DNA from: Bacteroidota bacterium
GTDB taxonomy: Bacteria > Bacteroidota > Bacteroidia > NS11-12g > UBA955
NCBI GenBank assembly: GCA_041170785.1
Contig: JBEDND010000146.1
Span: 1 to 48,893, forward strand
DNA length: 48,893 nucleotides
Direction of reading: 5' to 3'
The notes under the pieces were generated by a model. The model was not told the DNA's origin and made no database searches. It saw only the letters and a program-made list of their open reading frames with translations. Of this stretch, positions 10,487 to 20,257 are shown one piece after another; position 1 is the first letter of the stretch; each line of letters opens with the position of its first letter. The translations under genes and the position numbers were made by a program.

Positions 10487-11620
10487 TTAGCGCAGTTTGA
10501 GCAGGGCAATGGTGAAAATGACCAGGATGAGTGTTACGATCCAGAAGCGCACCGTGATTTTGCTTTCGGGGATGTTTTTCTTCTGAAAATGATGATGGAG
10601 AGGTGACATCAGGAAGATGCGCCGTCCTGCTCCGTAGCGTATGCGTGTGAATTTGAACCAGCCTACCTGCAGCACCACGCTCAGGCTTTCGGCGAAATAC
10701 ACACCACACAAAATGGGTATGAGTAATTCCATTTTGATGATGATGGCCACGGCCGCCACTGCGCCGCCCAGTGCCATGCTGCCGGTATCGCCCATGAATA
10801 CCTGGGCAGGAAATCCATTAAACCACAGAAACCCGATGCATGCGCCAATGAACGCTGCCAGAAATACCACTACTTCGCCACTTTCAGGCACGTACAGGAT
10901 GTTCAGGTATTCGCTCATCCGGGTATTGCCCGCGGCATAGGCAAGGATGCCAAGTCCGCCGCCCACAATGGCTGTGGTTCCTGCTGCCAGTCCGTCGATG
11001 CCGTCGGTCAGGTTCACTGCATTGGTCACGGCGATGACGATGAACACAATGATGGGTACGAACAGGAACCAGGCGTTACCCATGCCGAAAATGCTGCTGT
11101 AATCGAAAGGCTCTTTGATGAAGGGCACATTCGTTTCCAGCGGCAGCTGATGGAAATGGTGGTTGATGTCGATGGTGATGGCGATGATGGCACCCAAAAC
11201 CAGCTGGCCCAACACTTTGAACCAACCTTTTAGACCTTCTTTATCCTTTTTGAATACTTTGATATAATCGTCAATCAGCCCAATGCCACCCATCCACAGG
11301 GTGCTGAGCATCATCAGCAGCACATAGGGATTGCTCAGTTTGGCAAAGAGCAGCGTTGGCAGCAGGATGGCAATGATGATGATGATGCCGCCCATGGTTG
11401 GCGTTCCTTTCTTTTGCATTTGACCTTCCAGGCCCAGATCGCGGATGGTTTCCCCAATCTGTTTTTGCTGCAGCCAGTTGATGATTTTCTTGCCAACCAG
11501 AAGCGTAATAAGCAAGCTGAGGATGGCGGCCATGGAAGCCCGGAAAGAGATGTACTGGAACACACCCGCCCCGGGGAAGCCCAGCTTATGTAGATATTGG
11601 TAGAAGAGCCAGTACAGCAT
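10487..11620 (-). CDS. mraY: Phospho-N-acetylmuramoyl-pentapeptide transferase
   Basis: [31 protein letters not shown] and PLHHHF motifs. Confidence 0.98.
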   Translation of the reverse strand: MLYWLFYQYLHKLGFPGAGVFQYISFRASMAAILSLLITLLVGKKIINWLQQKQIGETIRDLGLEGQMQKKGTPTMGGIIIIIAILLPTLLFAKLSNPYVLLMMLSTLWMGGIGLIDDYIKVFKKDKEGLKGWFKVLGQLVLGAIIAITIDINHHFHQLPLETNVPFIKEPFDYSSIFGMGNAWFLFVPIIVFIVIAVTNAVNLTDGIDGLAAGTTAIVGGGLGILAYAAGNTRMSEYLNILYVPESGEVVVFLAAFIGACIGFLWFNGFPAQVFMGDTGSMALGGAVAAVAIIIKMELLIPILCGVYFAESLSVVLQVGWFKFTRIRYGAGRRIFLMSPLHHHFQKKNIPESKITVRFWIVTLILVIFTIALLKLR

Positions 11621-13080
11621 CAGTAGTGGTTGTTAAAAAGTTCGGTGATGATTTGCCGGTCGTCGAAGGGGTGTTTCACGCCCTGGATTTCCTGATAGGT
11701 CTCGTGTCCTTTGCCGGCAATCAGGATTACGTCGCCCTTTCCGGCCAGTGCCAACGCTGTTTTGATGGCTTCTTTCCGGTCGGTGATGCTCAGTATTTTT
11801 TTGTAATCCTGCGGTTCAACACCGGCTTTAATTTCCTCGATGATGGCGGCAGGATCTTCCATTCTGGGATTATCCGAGGTGAGGATGACCCTGTCGCTGA
11901 GCCTGCCTGCAATCCTGCCCATTTCGGGTCGTTTGGCACGGTCTCGGTTTCCGCCACATCCCATCACCGTGATGAGTTGTTCGTTGCGGCTTCGTATTTG
12001 GTTGATGGTTTCCAGCACATTTTGCAATGCGTCCGGCGTATGCGCATAGTCAATGATGGCTGTAATGCGGTTGGGCCCGGAAACGGGTTCAAATCGTCCA
12101 TGAACCCTGCCCACCTTACTAAGTGCAACGGTGAGGTTTTCGCTCCCTTCGGTCAGCAGAAAAGCAGCTGCATAAACCGCCATCAGGTTGTATGCATTGA
12201 ACGCGCCAATCAGTGAGAACCAGGCCTCCTGGCCATTCATCTGCATCAGCATGCCGCTGAAGTCGCGCTCCAGAATTCTTCCTTTGAAGTCGGCATTGCC
12301 GTGCATGCCATAGGTATATCGCGACGCCTTGGTGTTTTGAATCATTATCTGTCCGTTGCGGTCGTCGCGGTTGGTGATGGCGAAGGCGTCGCGGTCCAGA
12401 TGGTCAAAGAAGCTTTGTTTGGCTTTCAGGTAATTAGCAAAGCTGCCGTGGTAGTCGAGGTGGTCGTGGGTGATGTTGGTGAAGATTCCTCCGGCGAAAT
12501 GCAGGCCTGCGATGCGACGTTGGTCGGCGGCATGTGAACTTACTTCCATGAAACAGTAGCCGCATCCATCGGCCACCATGCGTGCCAGCAGCGCGTGCAG
12601 GGAAACCACATCAGGCGTGGTATGGGTGCTGGGGAAGCTTTCCGTGCCGATGATGTAACTCACGGTACTGATCAGCCCACATTTGGCGCCCATTCCTGTA
12701 AACAGCTGATACAACAGGCTGCTTACGGTGGTTTTGCCGTTGGTTCCGGTTACGCCTATCAGGGTGAGTTTACGCGAAGGATCGTCGAAGAAATTGCGGC
12801 AGATTCCACCAAGGGCTTCACGCACATCTGGCACCAGCACATAGCTAACAGTGTCATGCAGTTGTGCCGGCAAGGTGCTGCATAAAACAGCCTGACACCC
12901 TTGGGAAATGGCAGCATCTATAAATTGGTGGCCATCGTGTTGGGTTCCCGGAACGGCTGCAAACAAAACGCCGTCCATGGCTTTTCTGGAATCGAGCGTG
13001 ATGGAGCCGATTTCCTTGGTTTCGGGACCGTGAATGTCACATGGTCCAATACCGCTCAGGATTGCTTGTAGGCTTTTCAT
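11620..13080 (-). CDS. murE: UDP-MurNAc-dipeptide--meso-diaminopimelate ligase
   Basis: [29 protein letters not shown] (DAP specificity motif) and AGKGHETYQ. Confidence 0.97.
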   Translation of the reverse strand: MKSLQAILSGIGPCDIHGPETKEIGSITLDSRKAMDGVLFAAVPGTQHDGHQFIDAAISQGCQAVLCSTLPAQLHDTVSYVLVPDVREALGGICRNFFDDPSRKLTLIGVTGTNGKTTVSSLLYQLFTGMGAKCGLISTVSYIIGTESFPSTHTTPDVVSLHALLARMVADGCGYCFMEVSSHAADQRRIAGLHFAGGIFTNITHDHLDYHGSFANYLKAKQSFFDHLDRDAFAITNRDDRNGQIMIQNTKASRYTYGMHGNADFKGRILERDFSGMLMQMNGQEAWFSLIGAFNAYNLMAVYAAAFLLTEGSENLTVALSKVGRVHGRFEPVSGPNRITAIIDYAHTPDALQNVLETINQIRSRNEQLITVMGCGGNRDRAKRPEMGRIAGRLSDRVILTSDNPRMEDPAAIIEEIKAGVEPQDYKKILSITDRKEAIKTALALAGKGDVILIAGKGHETYQEIQGVKHPFDDRQIITELFNNHY

Positions 13081-15203
13081 GGTTCGCTGCTCAGGGTTAA
13101 GGTGATGGTCATCCCCGGCCTGATGCGTGTTCCAGGGTTTAGGCTTTGGCTGCGCACCGATCCATAGCCACTGGTGCGCACGGTTAATCCTGCGTTTTCC
13201 AGGAGAAACAGGGCATCGCGCAGCCCCATGCCTCGGGTATCAGGCACAATTTTGTCTTCTATAGTTACCGGAAACAGCGCCACAGAATGCTGTTTCGGGG
13301 TGGCGCGCACCAGCTGGCTGCCCCTGGATCCGGCGCTGTGTGCGCTGATGCCGAGTTCGTTCAGGGTGATTTTCGTCTGACTGCGGTCGCCGGGTTTTAT
13401 TTCAGGCATGCGGGGATATATGGGCGGCTTCAGGCCGGGATGCAGCTTGTACGAGCTGCTGTACACCCTGTCGGCGATTTCGCGGAATACCGGTCCTGCG
13501 ACAGTTCCGCCGTAATAACCGCTGTCTTTGGGGTCAACCACCACCACGATGCAGGTAAATTGCGGGTTGTTAGCCGGGAAATAGCCTACAAAGCTGGCCT
13601 TATGCCTGTCCTTGGCATAAGTACGGTTGATGACCAGCTGATTGGTCCCGGTTTTACCTGCCGTTTGGTAGTTGGGGTTGCGCAGGTTTGTGGCGGTGCC
13701 TTCTTCCACCACATCCAGCATCATGGATTGAAGGGCCTTCAGTGTTTCCTGCTTGCAAATTTGTTTTTTCAGTACTTCGGGCGCACGTTGCTCGATCAGT
13801 TTGCCGTCCAGTCTTATTTCCTTCACCAGAAAAGGTTTCACCATGGTTCCGCCATTGGCAATGGCATTGTATAGGGTGAGCATCTGCAGCGGACTGAGGC
13901 CGGTTTCGTAACCGATGCTCATCCAGGGCAAGGTGGTGGGATACCAATGGGAACTTCCGGGGTTTTTGATGGTGGGACGACCCTTTGCCTTGATGTCAAA
14001 TTCCAGGGGCTGATCCAGTCCAAGCGCCTTCACATACTTCACGAAAGATTTGGGTTTGTTGCCGTAGGCATCCAAGATGAATTTGCTGATACCTACATTG
14101 CTTGACTCAATAAAGCTTTCGCGCAAGGTGAGGAAGCGTTTGTCGGGTCGTTTGGAATCTTCCATTTTGGTGCCGTTGATGTAGGCTTCACCCCACTGTG
14201 CATCTACGCTGTCATTAGGGGTGAAGTAGCCTTCATCCAGCAGGGCCATCACGCTCAGCAACTTGAAGGTGGATCCGGGGTCGCTGAATTCATCTACGGC
14301 ATAGTTCAGCGATTCGCTGAAGGTTCCATTGCCGTTGTTTTTCAGGTTGGCTATGGCTTTGATGGCGCCGGTGGAGGTTTCCATCAACACGGCGCAGCCG
14401 TGGTCTGCACGGTGTTTCGCTAGTGCCTTGCGCAGGGCAAACTGAGCCACGTCCTGTAGGTTTACATCCAGGGTGGTTACAATGTCCATCCCGTTGATGG
14501 CTTCTAATTCATCTTCGGAGCGCACAGGTCGCCAGGCGCCGCCATACATTTTCTGTTCCGTGCGCAGGCCATTGCGCCCGCGCAGCAGGCTGTCGAAGGC
14601 GCCTTCCAGACCGTAATACACGATTTTCCCGCCAAGCTTTTTAAACGCACCTACACTGCGCTTGGCCAGGTCACCCATGAAATACACACGTTGGTTGTAT
14701 TCGCGTGTCCAAAACCCGCCTTTGTATTTCCCCAGCGCGATGAGCGGCCATTTTTTCATCATCCGGATTTGCTCAAAGCTCAGTGCTTTGGCTACGGTGA
14801 TGCCCCGCATCCGGCGAGCACGGGCTTCCCGGAAATAGCGGCGCCATTGTTCTTCGCTCTTGGTTGGTACATGCAAGGCAAAGAGCATGGCAAGGGAATC
14901 AATTTTGCTGTTGAACACGCCTTGGTTCAGTCCATCGGCCAGGGGGTCGAAAATCAGGTCGTAGTAGGGAACAGAAGTGGCCAGCAGGTTTCCGTCGGCG
15001 GCGAAGATGTTTCCGCGGATGGCTTCTACTTCATTGGTGCGGAAGCGCTTCTCCCTGCTTAAGGAATCGTAGCGACTGCGTTCCGTCCATTGGAGTTTGG
15101 TTACCGAAAAAACAATGGCAAAGCCAAAGCACAGCACCAGGGTGAACGCGATGTACGCCCGGATCAAAACCACTTTGCGGATATTTACCTTATTTCCGGC
15201 CAT
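13077..15203 (-). CDS. ftsI: Class B penicillin-binding protein FtsI/PBP3 with C-terminal PASTA domain
   Basis: STFK (SxxK), SSN (SxN) and KTG catalytic motifs; C-terminal VPDTRGMGLRDALFLLENAGL PASTA repeat. Confidence 0.95.
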   Translation of the reverse strand: MAGNKVNIRKVVLIRAYIAFTLVLCFGFAIVFSVTKLQWTERSRYDSLSREKRFRTNEVEAIRGNIFAADGNLLATSVPYYDLIFDPLADGLNQGVFNSKIDSLAMLFALHVPTKSEEQWRRYFREARARRMRGITVAKALSFEQIRMMKKWPLIALGKYKGGFWTREYNQRVYFMGDLAKRSVGAFKKLGGKIVYYGLEGAFDSLLRGRNGLRTEQKMYGGAWRPVRSEDELEAINGMDIVTTLDVNLQDVAQFALRKALAKHRADHGCAVLMETSTGAIKAIANLKNNGNGTFSESLNYAVDEFSDPGSTFKLLSVMALLDEGYFTPNDSVDAQWGEAYINGTKMEDSKRPDKRFLTLRESFIESSNVGISKFILDAYGNKPKSFVKYVKALGLDQPLEFDIKAKGRPTIKNPGSSHWYPTTLPWMSIGYETGLSPLQMLTLYNAIANGGTMVKPFLVKEIRLDGKLIEQRAPEVLKKQICKQETLKALQSMMLDVVEEGTATNLRNPNYQTAGKTGTNQLVINRTYAKDRHKASFVGYFPANNPQFTCIVVVVDPKDSGYYGGTVAGPVFREIADRVYSSSYKLHPGLKPPIYPRMPEIKPGDRSQTKITLNELGISAHSAGSRGSQLVRATPKQHSVALFPVTIEDKIVPDTRGMGLRDALFLLENAGLTVRTSGYGSVRSQSLNPGTRIRPGMTITLTLSSEP

Positions 15204-15576
15204 CTGCTTTTGGGGTTTGTTCCAGTTTTACCGGTGGCTTATCCAAGGGTTTCAAACCTGCTTCTTTGAGTTTTTGGGCAACCTCGCTCTGTCTGGAGCG
15301 AACCATCATGTCGCTTTCTATGCTGATGAACTCGGCACGGAGTTCCTTGATGCTTGTTTTCAGTTGATCTTTCCTTTTGAGCGCTTTTCCGGCATGCAGC
15401 TGATTGGCCAGGTAAAGCAGCATAAGCAGGAATACCAGCAAGCCGAAGGGAATCAGCACGGCAGGACGCAGCCAGGCCTTCAGCGACTGCAGCGTTGGCT
15501 TGTCGAAGGGTGCGCTTTCTTCTGCAGTAAGTCCCTGATTTCTGGTTTGAAGCAATGATTCGTCCTCTTTTTTCAT
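15190..15576 (-). CDS. ftsL: FtsL-like cell division protein
   Basis: Single TM helix followed by a coiled coil (IKELRAEFISIESDMMVRSRQSEV); lies between rsmH and ftsI. Start set at ATG 15576. Confidence 0.8.
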   Translation of the reverse strand: MKKEDESLLQTRNQGLTAEESAPFDKPTLQSLKAWLRPAVLIPFGLLVFLLMLLYLANQLHAGKALKRKDQLKTSIKELRAEFISIESDMMVRSRQSEVAQKLKEAGLKPLDKPPVKLEQTPKADGRK

Positions 15577-15580
15577 CGCC

Positions 15581-16513
15581 TTATCTTTTAATGCCAATGC
15601 GCATTTTCGCGCTGCGCGCACGGCGGTTGCGGTTGATCTCTTCATCGTCCGGCATCATGGCCCGGTTTTGTGCCGGGTCAAAGGGGCGGCTGATGTTTCC
15701 GAATACATCGGTATTGCGTGTTCCCTCCATATTCCCGGTAGCCAGGAAATGTTTCACCATGCGGTCTTCCAGAGAATGATAGCTGATGACGACCAGTCGT
15801 CCTTCCGGTTTCAGCACTTCGGCACTCTGTTCCAGCATGGCTTCCAGGGCGTGCAGTTCAGCGTTTACTTCCATTCTTATGGCCTGAAATACCTGACTGA
15901 AGTATTTGTTTCTGGTTTGTACCGAAGTACAGGTACTCAGGATGTCGCACAGGGCACCTGTGCTCTTGATTTCGTGTTGTTTGCGCGCATCTGCGATGCG
16001 GGAAGCCAGCTTGCCCGCATTGTTGATTTCGCCGTAGTTTCTGAAGATGCGCACCAGCTCAGCCTCTGTGTATTGATTGATGACTGTTCCGGCGTGTAGC
16101 GCAGCTCCGCGGTCCATGCGCATGTCGAGCGCCGCATCATAGCGGTGTGCAAAGCCGCGGGTTGCTTCGTCAATCTGATGGGAAGAAATACCCAGGTCGG
16201 CCAGGATTCCATCCACGGGAAAACAGCCGATATAACGCAGGAAGCGGTACAAATGCGCGAAGCTGTGCGGAACGAAGTGCAGCCTGGGGTCGTTGATGAT
16301 GTTGGCGGCGGCATCGGCGTCGCGGTCGAAGGCAATCAGTTTGCCCTCGGGGCCGAGCCTGGAAAGGATTTCGCGGCTGTGGCCGCCACCGCCAAAGGTG
16401 CAGTCCACATAAACACCATCAGGACGGATGTTCAGGGCATCCACCGATTCCTGCAACATCACCGGAAGGTGATATGCGGCGGTTAGCGCGTCGTCAGGCC
16501 GAAGTTCCATCAT
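15581..16513 (-). CDS. rsmH: 16S rRNA m4C1402 methyltransferase RsmH (MraW)
   Basis: YHLPVM, DCTFGGGGHS, DLGISSHQID, ISYHSLEDR and NRRARSAKMR motifs. Confidence 0.98.
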   Translation of the reverse strand: MMELRPDDALTAAYHLPVMLQESVDALNIRPDGVYVDCTFGGGGHSREILSRLGPEGKLIAFDRDADAAANIINDPRLHFVPHSFAHLYRFLRYIGCFPVDGILADLGISSHQIDEATRGFAHRYDAALDMRMDRGAALHAGTVINQYTEAELVRIFRNYGEINNAGKLASRIADARKQHEIKSTGALCDILSTCTSVQTRNKYFSQVFQAIRMEVNAELHALEAMLEQSAEVLKPEGRLVVISYHSLEDRMVKHFLATGNMEGTRNTDVFGNISRPFDPAQNRAMMPDDEEINRNRRARSAKMRIGIKR

Positions 16514-16973
16514 GGCTGCGTGTGGCTGAACGGTTGAAAAACTGCTGGGCCAGCCTGCTCAGCTCGTCAGCGTCCACATTGAGTTCGCTGTCGTAAGCCT
16601 TCTGACTCCAGATTTCTACTTTGTTGCCATACGCAGTCAACACCACATCGTCCTCAAGGCCTGCGTATTCAAGCAACTTCTTAGGAATAAGGATTCTGTT
16701 GGCATTGTCCAACTGCACCGGGGTGGCCCCATTGGTGAACAGTCGTTTAAACCGGCGCACCTCCGGACTCATAAAGTCATCCAGGTGATCCAGTTTAGCG
16801 GTTTCAGCCAGCCAGTCCTCTCGGGTGAACAGCACGAGGCACTGCTCAAACCCACGGTTCACCACCACTGTATTCCCGGCGCTTTCAGGAATCTGCGCAC
16901 GCAGACGTGCAGGCAGCATGATCCTGCCCTTATCGTCCACTTTGCAGCTGAATTCGCCGATGAATTGAGTCAT
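16494..16973 (-). CDS. mraZ: Transcriptional regulator MraZ
   Basis: FIGEFSCKVDDKGRIMLP and LDNANRILIP AbrB-like repeats; first gene of the dcw cluster. Start set at ATG 16973. Confidence 0.97.
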   Translation of the reverse strand: MTQFIGEFSCKVDDKGRIMLPARLRAQIPESAGNTVVVNRGFEQCLVLFTREDWLAETAKLDHLDDFMSPEVRRFKRLFTNGATPVQLDNANRILIPKKLLEYAGLEDDVVLTAYGNKVEIWSQKAYDSELNVDADELSRLAQQFFNRSATRSHDGTSA

Positions 16974-17017
16974 GGTTGTTCCTAAGACTTCTGACCTGCT
17001 AAATAAAACCAATGCTT

Positions 17018-17042
17018 CCCACTTTTACCCACAATTTCCCCC
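17018..17042 (-). promoter_or_regulatory. MraZ operator: three GTGGG-type boxes at 10-bp period
   Basis: Plus strand reads CCCAC 17018-17022, CCCAC 17028-17032 and CCCCC 17038-17042, starting 45 bp upstream of the mraZ ATG. This matches the known phased MraZ-binding repeats. Confidence 0.8.
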
Positions 17043-17160
17043 AGCTTTTGCACATGAACGTGGAGAAACCCTCTTTTCGTGCGTTTGTGCCGGGAGTTTG
17101 TGCCATGAGATCGAAGCTGAAAGCCTTGATTTCCAGCGAATATAGAGGCTTTTTTAGGTT

Positions 17161-17175
17161 GTGGGAAAATGTGGG
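17161..17175 (+). promoter_or_regulatory. Second, oppositely oriented pair of GTGGG boxes at 10-bp period
   Basis: GTGGGAAAATGTGGG at 17161-17175, with another GTGGG at 17223-17227. Confidence 0.5.
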
Positions 17176-17228
17176 AAGAAATTTCTTCCGCAAATGCTAT
17201 TCTGCACCCAATTTTGGAACTTGTGGGA

Positions 17229-18215
17229 ATGCGTATTTGTCTGGTAGAAAACGGGCAGCTTCCGGTATCGGCCTACGGTGGAACCGAGCGCGTGGTTTGG
17301 TATTTGGCGGCTGAACTGCATCAGCGTGGCCATCAGGTTACCTTGCTGTGTAAGCCGGGCAGCAGCTGTTCTTTTGCCCGCGTACTTCCGCTGAACAACA
17401 ATCTTCCACTGGCTGCACAAATTCCCACCGACTGCGACATTGCACATCTGCACTTCCCCAGCGCGGAATCGCTGCCCATTCCTTCCCTCATCACCAACCA
17501 CGGAAACCGGAACAGCTCCGAGCCTTTCCCTGTGAATACCGTGTTTCTTTCGAAAAACCATGCGGCCCGTTATGGCGCAAGCACCTTCGTGCACAACGGT
17601 TTGAACTGGGATGATTATGGACTTCCGAATTTGGAACAGCCGCAGCGCCGCTATGCGCATTTCCTGGGTAATGCGGCCTGGAGGGTGAAGAATGTGCAGG
17701 GAGCCATTCAGGTGGCGCGCAAGGCGCAAACCCGGCTGAAAGTGCTCGGCGGAACGCGTTTAAACCTGAAAATGGGATTTCGCTTCACCCTTGATCCCCG
17801 AGTGCAGTTCTACGGCATGGTGGGAGGCGCGCAGAAGCTGGAACTGCTGCGGGATTCTTCCGCCTTGGTCTTTCCTGTGCGCTGGCATGAGCCGTTTGGC
17901 CTGGCGGTGATTGAAAGCATGTTCTTCGGAAGTCCGGTATTCGCTACGCCGTATGGCGCGCTCCCTGAACTGGTGGACGAACACAGCGGAACCCTGAGCA
18001 GCAGCGCCGATCAGCTGGCCTATAGCCTGAAACATGTACAGCGCTTCGACCGAAAATATTGCCACCAACGCGCCCGCGATCTGTTCCATGCCCGGCGCAT
18101 GTGCAACGACTACCTCAAACTCTATGAACAGATACTGAATGGGGAAACCTTAAATCCGGCGCCGCCCGTATTGCAGACCCTGCAAGAGGAAAAGTTCCTT
18201 GCCTGGAATCAGTAA
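17229..18215 (+). CDS. Glycosyltransferase family 4 (GT-B fold)
   Basis: N-terminal YGGTERVV and C-terminal WHEPFGLAVIES (EX7E) motifs. Start set at ATG 17229. Confidence 0.9.
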   Translation: MRICLVENGQLPVSAYGGTERVVWYLAAELHQRGHQVTLLCKPGSSCSFARVLPLNNNLPLAAQIPTDCDIAHLHFPSAESLPIPSLITNHGNRNSSEPFPVNTVFLSKNHAARYGASTFVHNGLNWDDYGLPNLEQPQRRYAHFLGNAAWRVKNVQGAIQVARKAQTRLKVLGGTRLNLKMGFRFTLDPRVQFYGMVGGAQKLELLRDSSALVFPVRWHEPFGLAVIESMFFGSPVFATPYGALPELVDEHSGTLSSSADQLAYSLKHVQRFDRKYCHQRARDLFHARRMCNDYLKLYEQILNGETLNPAPPVLQTLQEEKFLAWNQ

Positions 18216-19078
18216 GTGCGCGTCATCTGTTCGGGGATGATGATGATGAAATCTCCTTTGTTTTTCTGTTCTGAAGCCAGTGGAGCGGTTTGTTCCTGCA
18301 TCTGACTGCTGATGGTCACCACCTTCAGGCCCGGTTTGTATTGCTTCAGATACCATTCGATGCCTTCGTGGTTGTCGCTGTGATAGGTGCCGTTGTAATG
18401 GATGAACAGACCGCCTGGTTTGAGGTTTTGGGCGATGAACCAACCCATGGTGGCGTCTTTGATGGCCTGGGCTTTGGGCAGATTGGGCGTACCGTGGCCA
18501 CCCACCGCCATGAAGATGTTTTTGTAGCCTGGCAACATGCTGTCGTAAGGAACCGGAGCAGGTGCGATGAACGCTTTTGCGGAAGCGGGCAGCGTATCTA
18601 ATGCTTCGAAGCCGCCGCGATACACGGTGCCGGCGTATTTGCGCGGGATGTTGGTGGCGATGAACGGCAGTTTGTGCTGCATGGCCAGTTCCACCAGCGG
18701 ACGGTAATCGGTTTGGTAATTGGGCCATGCGCGGCACAGCTTCTTCATGTCTTTTTCAGAAAGCGAGGTGTCGCCTGCCAAAAAGCGGTTGAAGGCAGCC
18801 TGCACATCGGCTTCGAACATTTCCGCGCCGAGCACCACTTGATCCGCGCCGCGTTGGGCAATCAGGTCGCGGGTGGCCTCAGCCTGCAGCCAATGCACAA
18901 TTGGATTGTCGTGCAGTTCGCCGAACAAAACCACATCGGCGCTTGCCAGGGTTTTCACCATATCGCGGTAAGCAACGGCTTTGCCTTTGGCATTGTAGAG
19001 GGCGTATGCGGGTTTGTCCTGCGCGGAAATCCCGGAAATCCAGCAAAGGGAAAGGCAGATGCTGAGGAGGTTTTTCAT
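18209..19078 (-). CDS. ChaN-family (heme-binding/iron-regulated) exported protein
   Basis: VVLFGELHDNPIVHWLQ, LGAEMFE, YRPLVELA, ATNIPR and AQAIKDATM motifs; SPI signal ending GISA|Q. Confidence 0.8.
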   Translation of the reverse strand: MKNLLSICLSLCWISGISAQDKPAYALYNAKGKAVAYRDMVKTLASADVVLFGELHDNPIVHWLQAEATRDLIAQRGADQVVLGAEMFEADVQAAFNRFLAGDTSLSEKDMKKLCRAWPNYQTDYRPLVELAMQHKLPFIATNIPRKYAGTVYRGGFEALDTLPASAKAFIAPAPVPYDSMLPGYKNIFMAVGGHGTPNLPKAQAIKDATMGWFIAQNLKPGGLFIHYNGTYHSDNHEGIEWYLKQYKPGLKVVTISSQMQEQTAPLASEQKNKGDFIIIIPEQMTRTY

Positions 19079-19117
19079 GAGGTGCAAAGAAAAGGGAATG
19101 GGCTGATTGGAAACACT

Positions 19118-20014
19118 TCAAGCCCCTTGTGTTATGAACTGTGCTCTGTGACGCTCAAGAAAAACCGCGTTTTCACTGCTAAAGTTCTTGATGATTTCTT
19201 TACCACTCACACCAATTTTCTGGAAGGCTTCCGGTTCAATCTTGTCAGATAAAATGATTTGCCCATGATTTTCAAAGCTAATCAGATGTCGGTCGAACAG
19301 TGCATCATAAACCGGTGAAAGTAAGATGCCGTTGTGAACGTTCAGCCGTTCCTCATTGTTGGCTGCAGCCCAGGGTACAATATGGGAGGCGATTAAAATA
19401 TCCAGTTTGTTGAATGAAGTTACGGCGCATTGATATTCCCAGCGGTGGATGATGCTTGAACGGAAGGCACCCTGACCCACGCGTGAGGTTACCAAACCTT
19501 TGCGTTCTGTCACATTGGGTTGCAGTATTTTATATAATTCCTGCGGTGGCTTATCTGCATAAACGGCTTCCCCCAATATGTCTGTTTTGGGAATGTATAA
19601 ACCTTTGCGTTTGAAGAAGAATTTAATTCCCGTTCTGATATTTTTATTGCTGTCGTGGGTTTCAAAAAAACCGATTTCATGAATCTCGACCTCAGCAATG
19701 AACTTCACAAAACCCTTTCCTGCCTGCTCAAACAGAAATACGCGTTTTCCTTGATTCAGATGCTCACGCAGGGCAAGGTTGCCGCGTGTAAATTCCATAT
19801 CTCCGCTTTGGCCTTCGCCAGTATACGAAAATACATTATGATTCTCCCAGCGATCTGCATATCCATGCTGGGCGCCCGCTTTTCCGGTGAAAATAAAGAT
19901 AAATGGATGGGTCGCGCTTGTGGAAATTCCTGATTGCCAATTACCTCCATAACTGCCGTGGATGTCTCGCCTTCTGTGGTATATATGATCCGGTATGAAC
20001 GGCAGAATATCCAT
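19118..20014 (-). CDS. SRA-like domain-HNH endonuclease, putative type IV (modification-dependent) restriction enzyme
   Basis: N-terminal IHGSYGGNWQSGIS...GYADRW...YTGEGQSGDM resembles an SRA-like domain. The C-terminus RVGQGAFR...CAVT...ASHIVPW...NGILLSPVYDALFDRHLISF is an HNH domain. Visibly AT-richer than its neighbours. Confidence 0.8.
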   Translation of the reverse strand: MDILPFIPDHIYHRRRDIHGSYGGNWQSGISTSATHPFIFIFTGKAGAQHGYADRWENHNVFSYTGEGQSGDMEFTRGNLALREHLNQGKRVFLFEQAGKGFVKFIAEVEIHEIGFFETHDSNKNIRTGIKFFFKRKGLYIPKTDILGEAVYADKPPQELYKILQPNVTERKGLVTSRVGQGAFRSSIIHRWEYQCAVTSFNKLDILIASHIVPWAAANNEERLNVHNGILLSPVYDALFDRHLISFENHGQIILSDKIEPEAFQKIGVSGKEIIKNFSSENAVFLERHRAQFITQGA

Positions 20015-20029
20015 TCAATAAATACTGGC

Positions 20030-20037
20030 CAAAGATA
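20030..20037 (-). promoter_or_regulatory. Bacteroidota -7 promoter element for the HNH gene
   Basis: TATCTTTG (TAnnTTTG consensus) on the minus strand, 15 nt upstream of ATG 20014. Confidence 0.6.
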
Positions 20038-20257
20038 AATGTAATTACTTCACACTAAAATCTTCATGAACGATTCAATTTGGGAAGCCATGAATTCTAT
20101 ATGATTGATCACATATACTGAAATATAAAAGGCATACTTGCCCGTGAAAAAGTGTCGTATGTGTGATGATCAGCAGGATTCAGACCAGGTCTGTAATCGT
20201 TTAATTCGATGGGATGCAGCGCAGGCGTTCAACAGCAACAAGATGCTGCTCCCCAAC

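Noticed and set aside
10487-13080. Absence of murF (and ddl/murB) from the dcw cluster
   Set aside because: murE-mraY adjacency is the usual Bacteroidota arrangement, and these genes are normally elsewhere.
2144-16486. Long antisense ORFs over dcw genes (e.g. 2144-3061, 3842-4579, 11626-12216, 13287-13874)
   Set aside because: They are shadow frames of conserved genes caused by codon bias and show no independent protein features.
20177-20198. Near-perfect palindrome GATT-CAGACC-A-GGTCTG-T-AATC downstream of the DHS-like gene
   Set aside because: It is a single copy with no U-tract and no cognate regulator evident. It could be a weak terminator or operator but cannot be supported.
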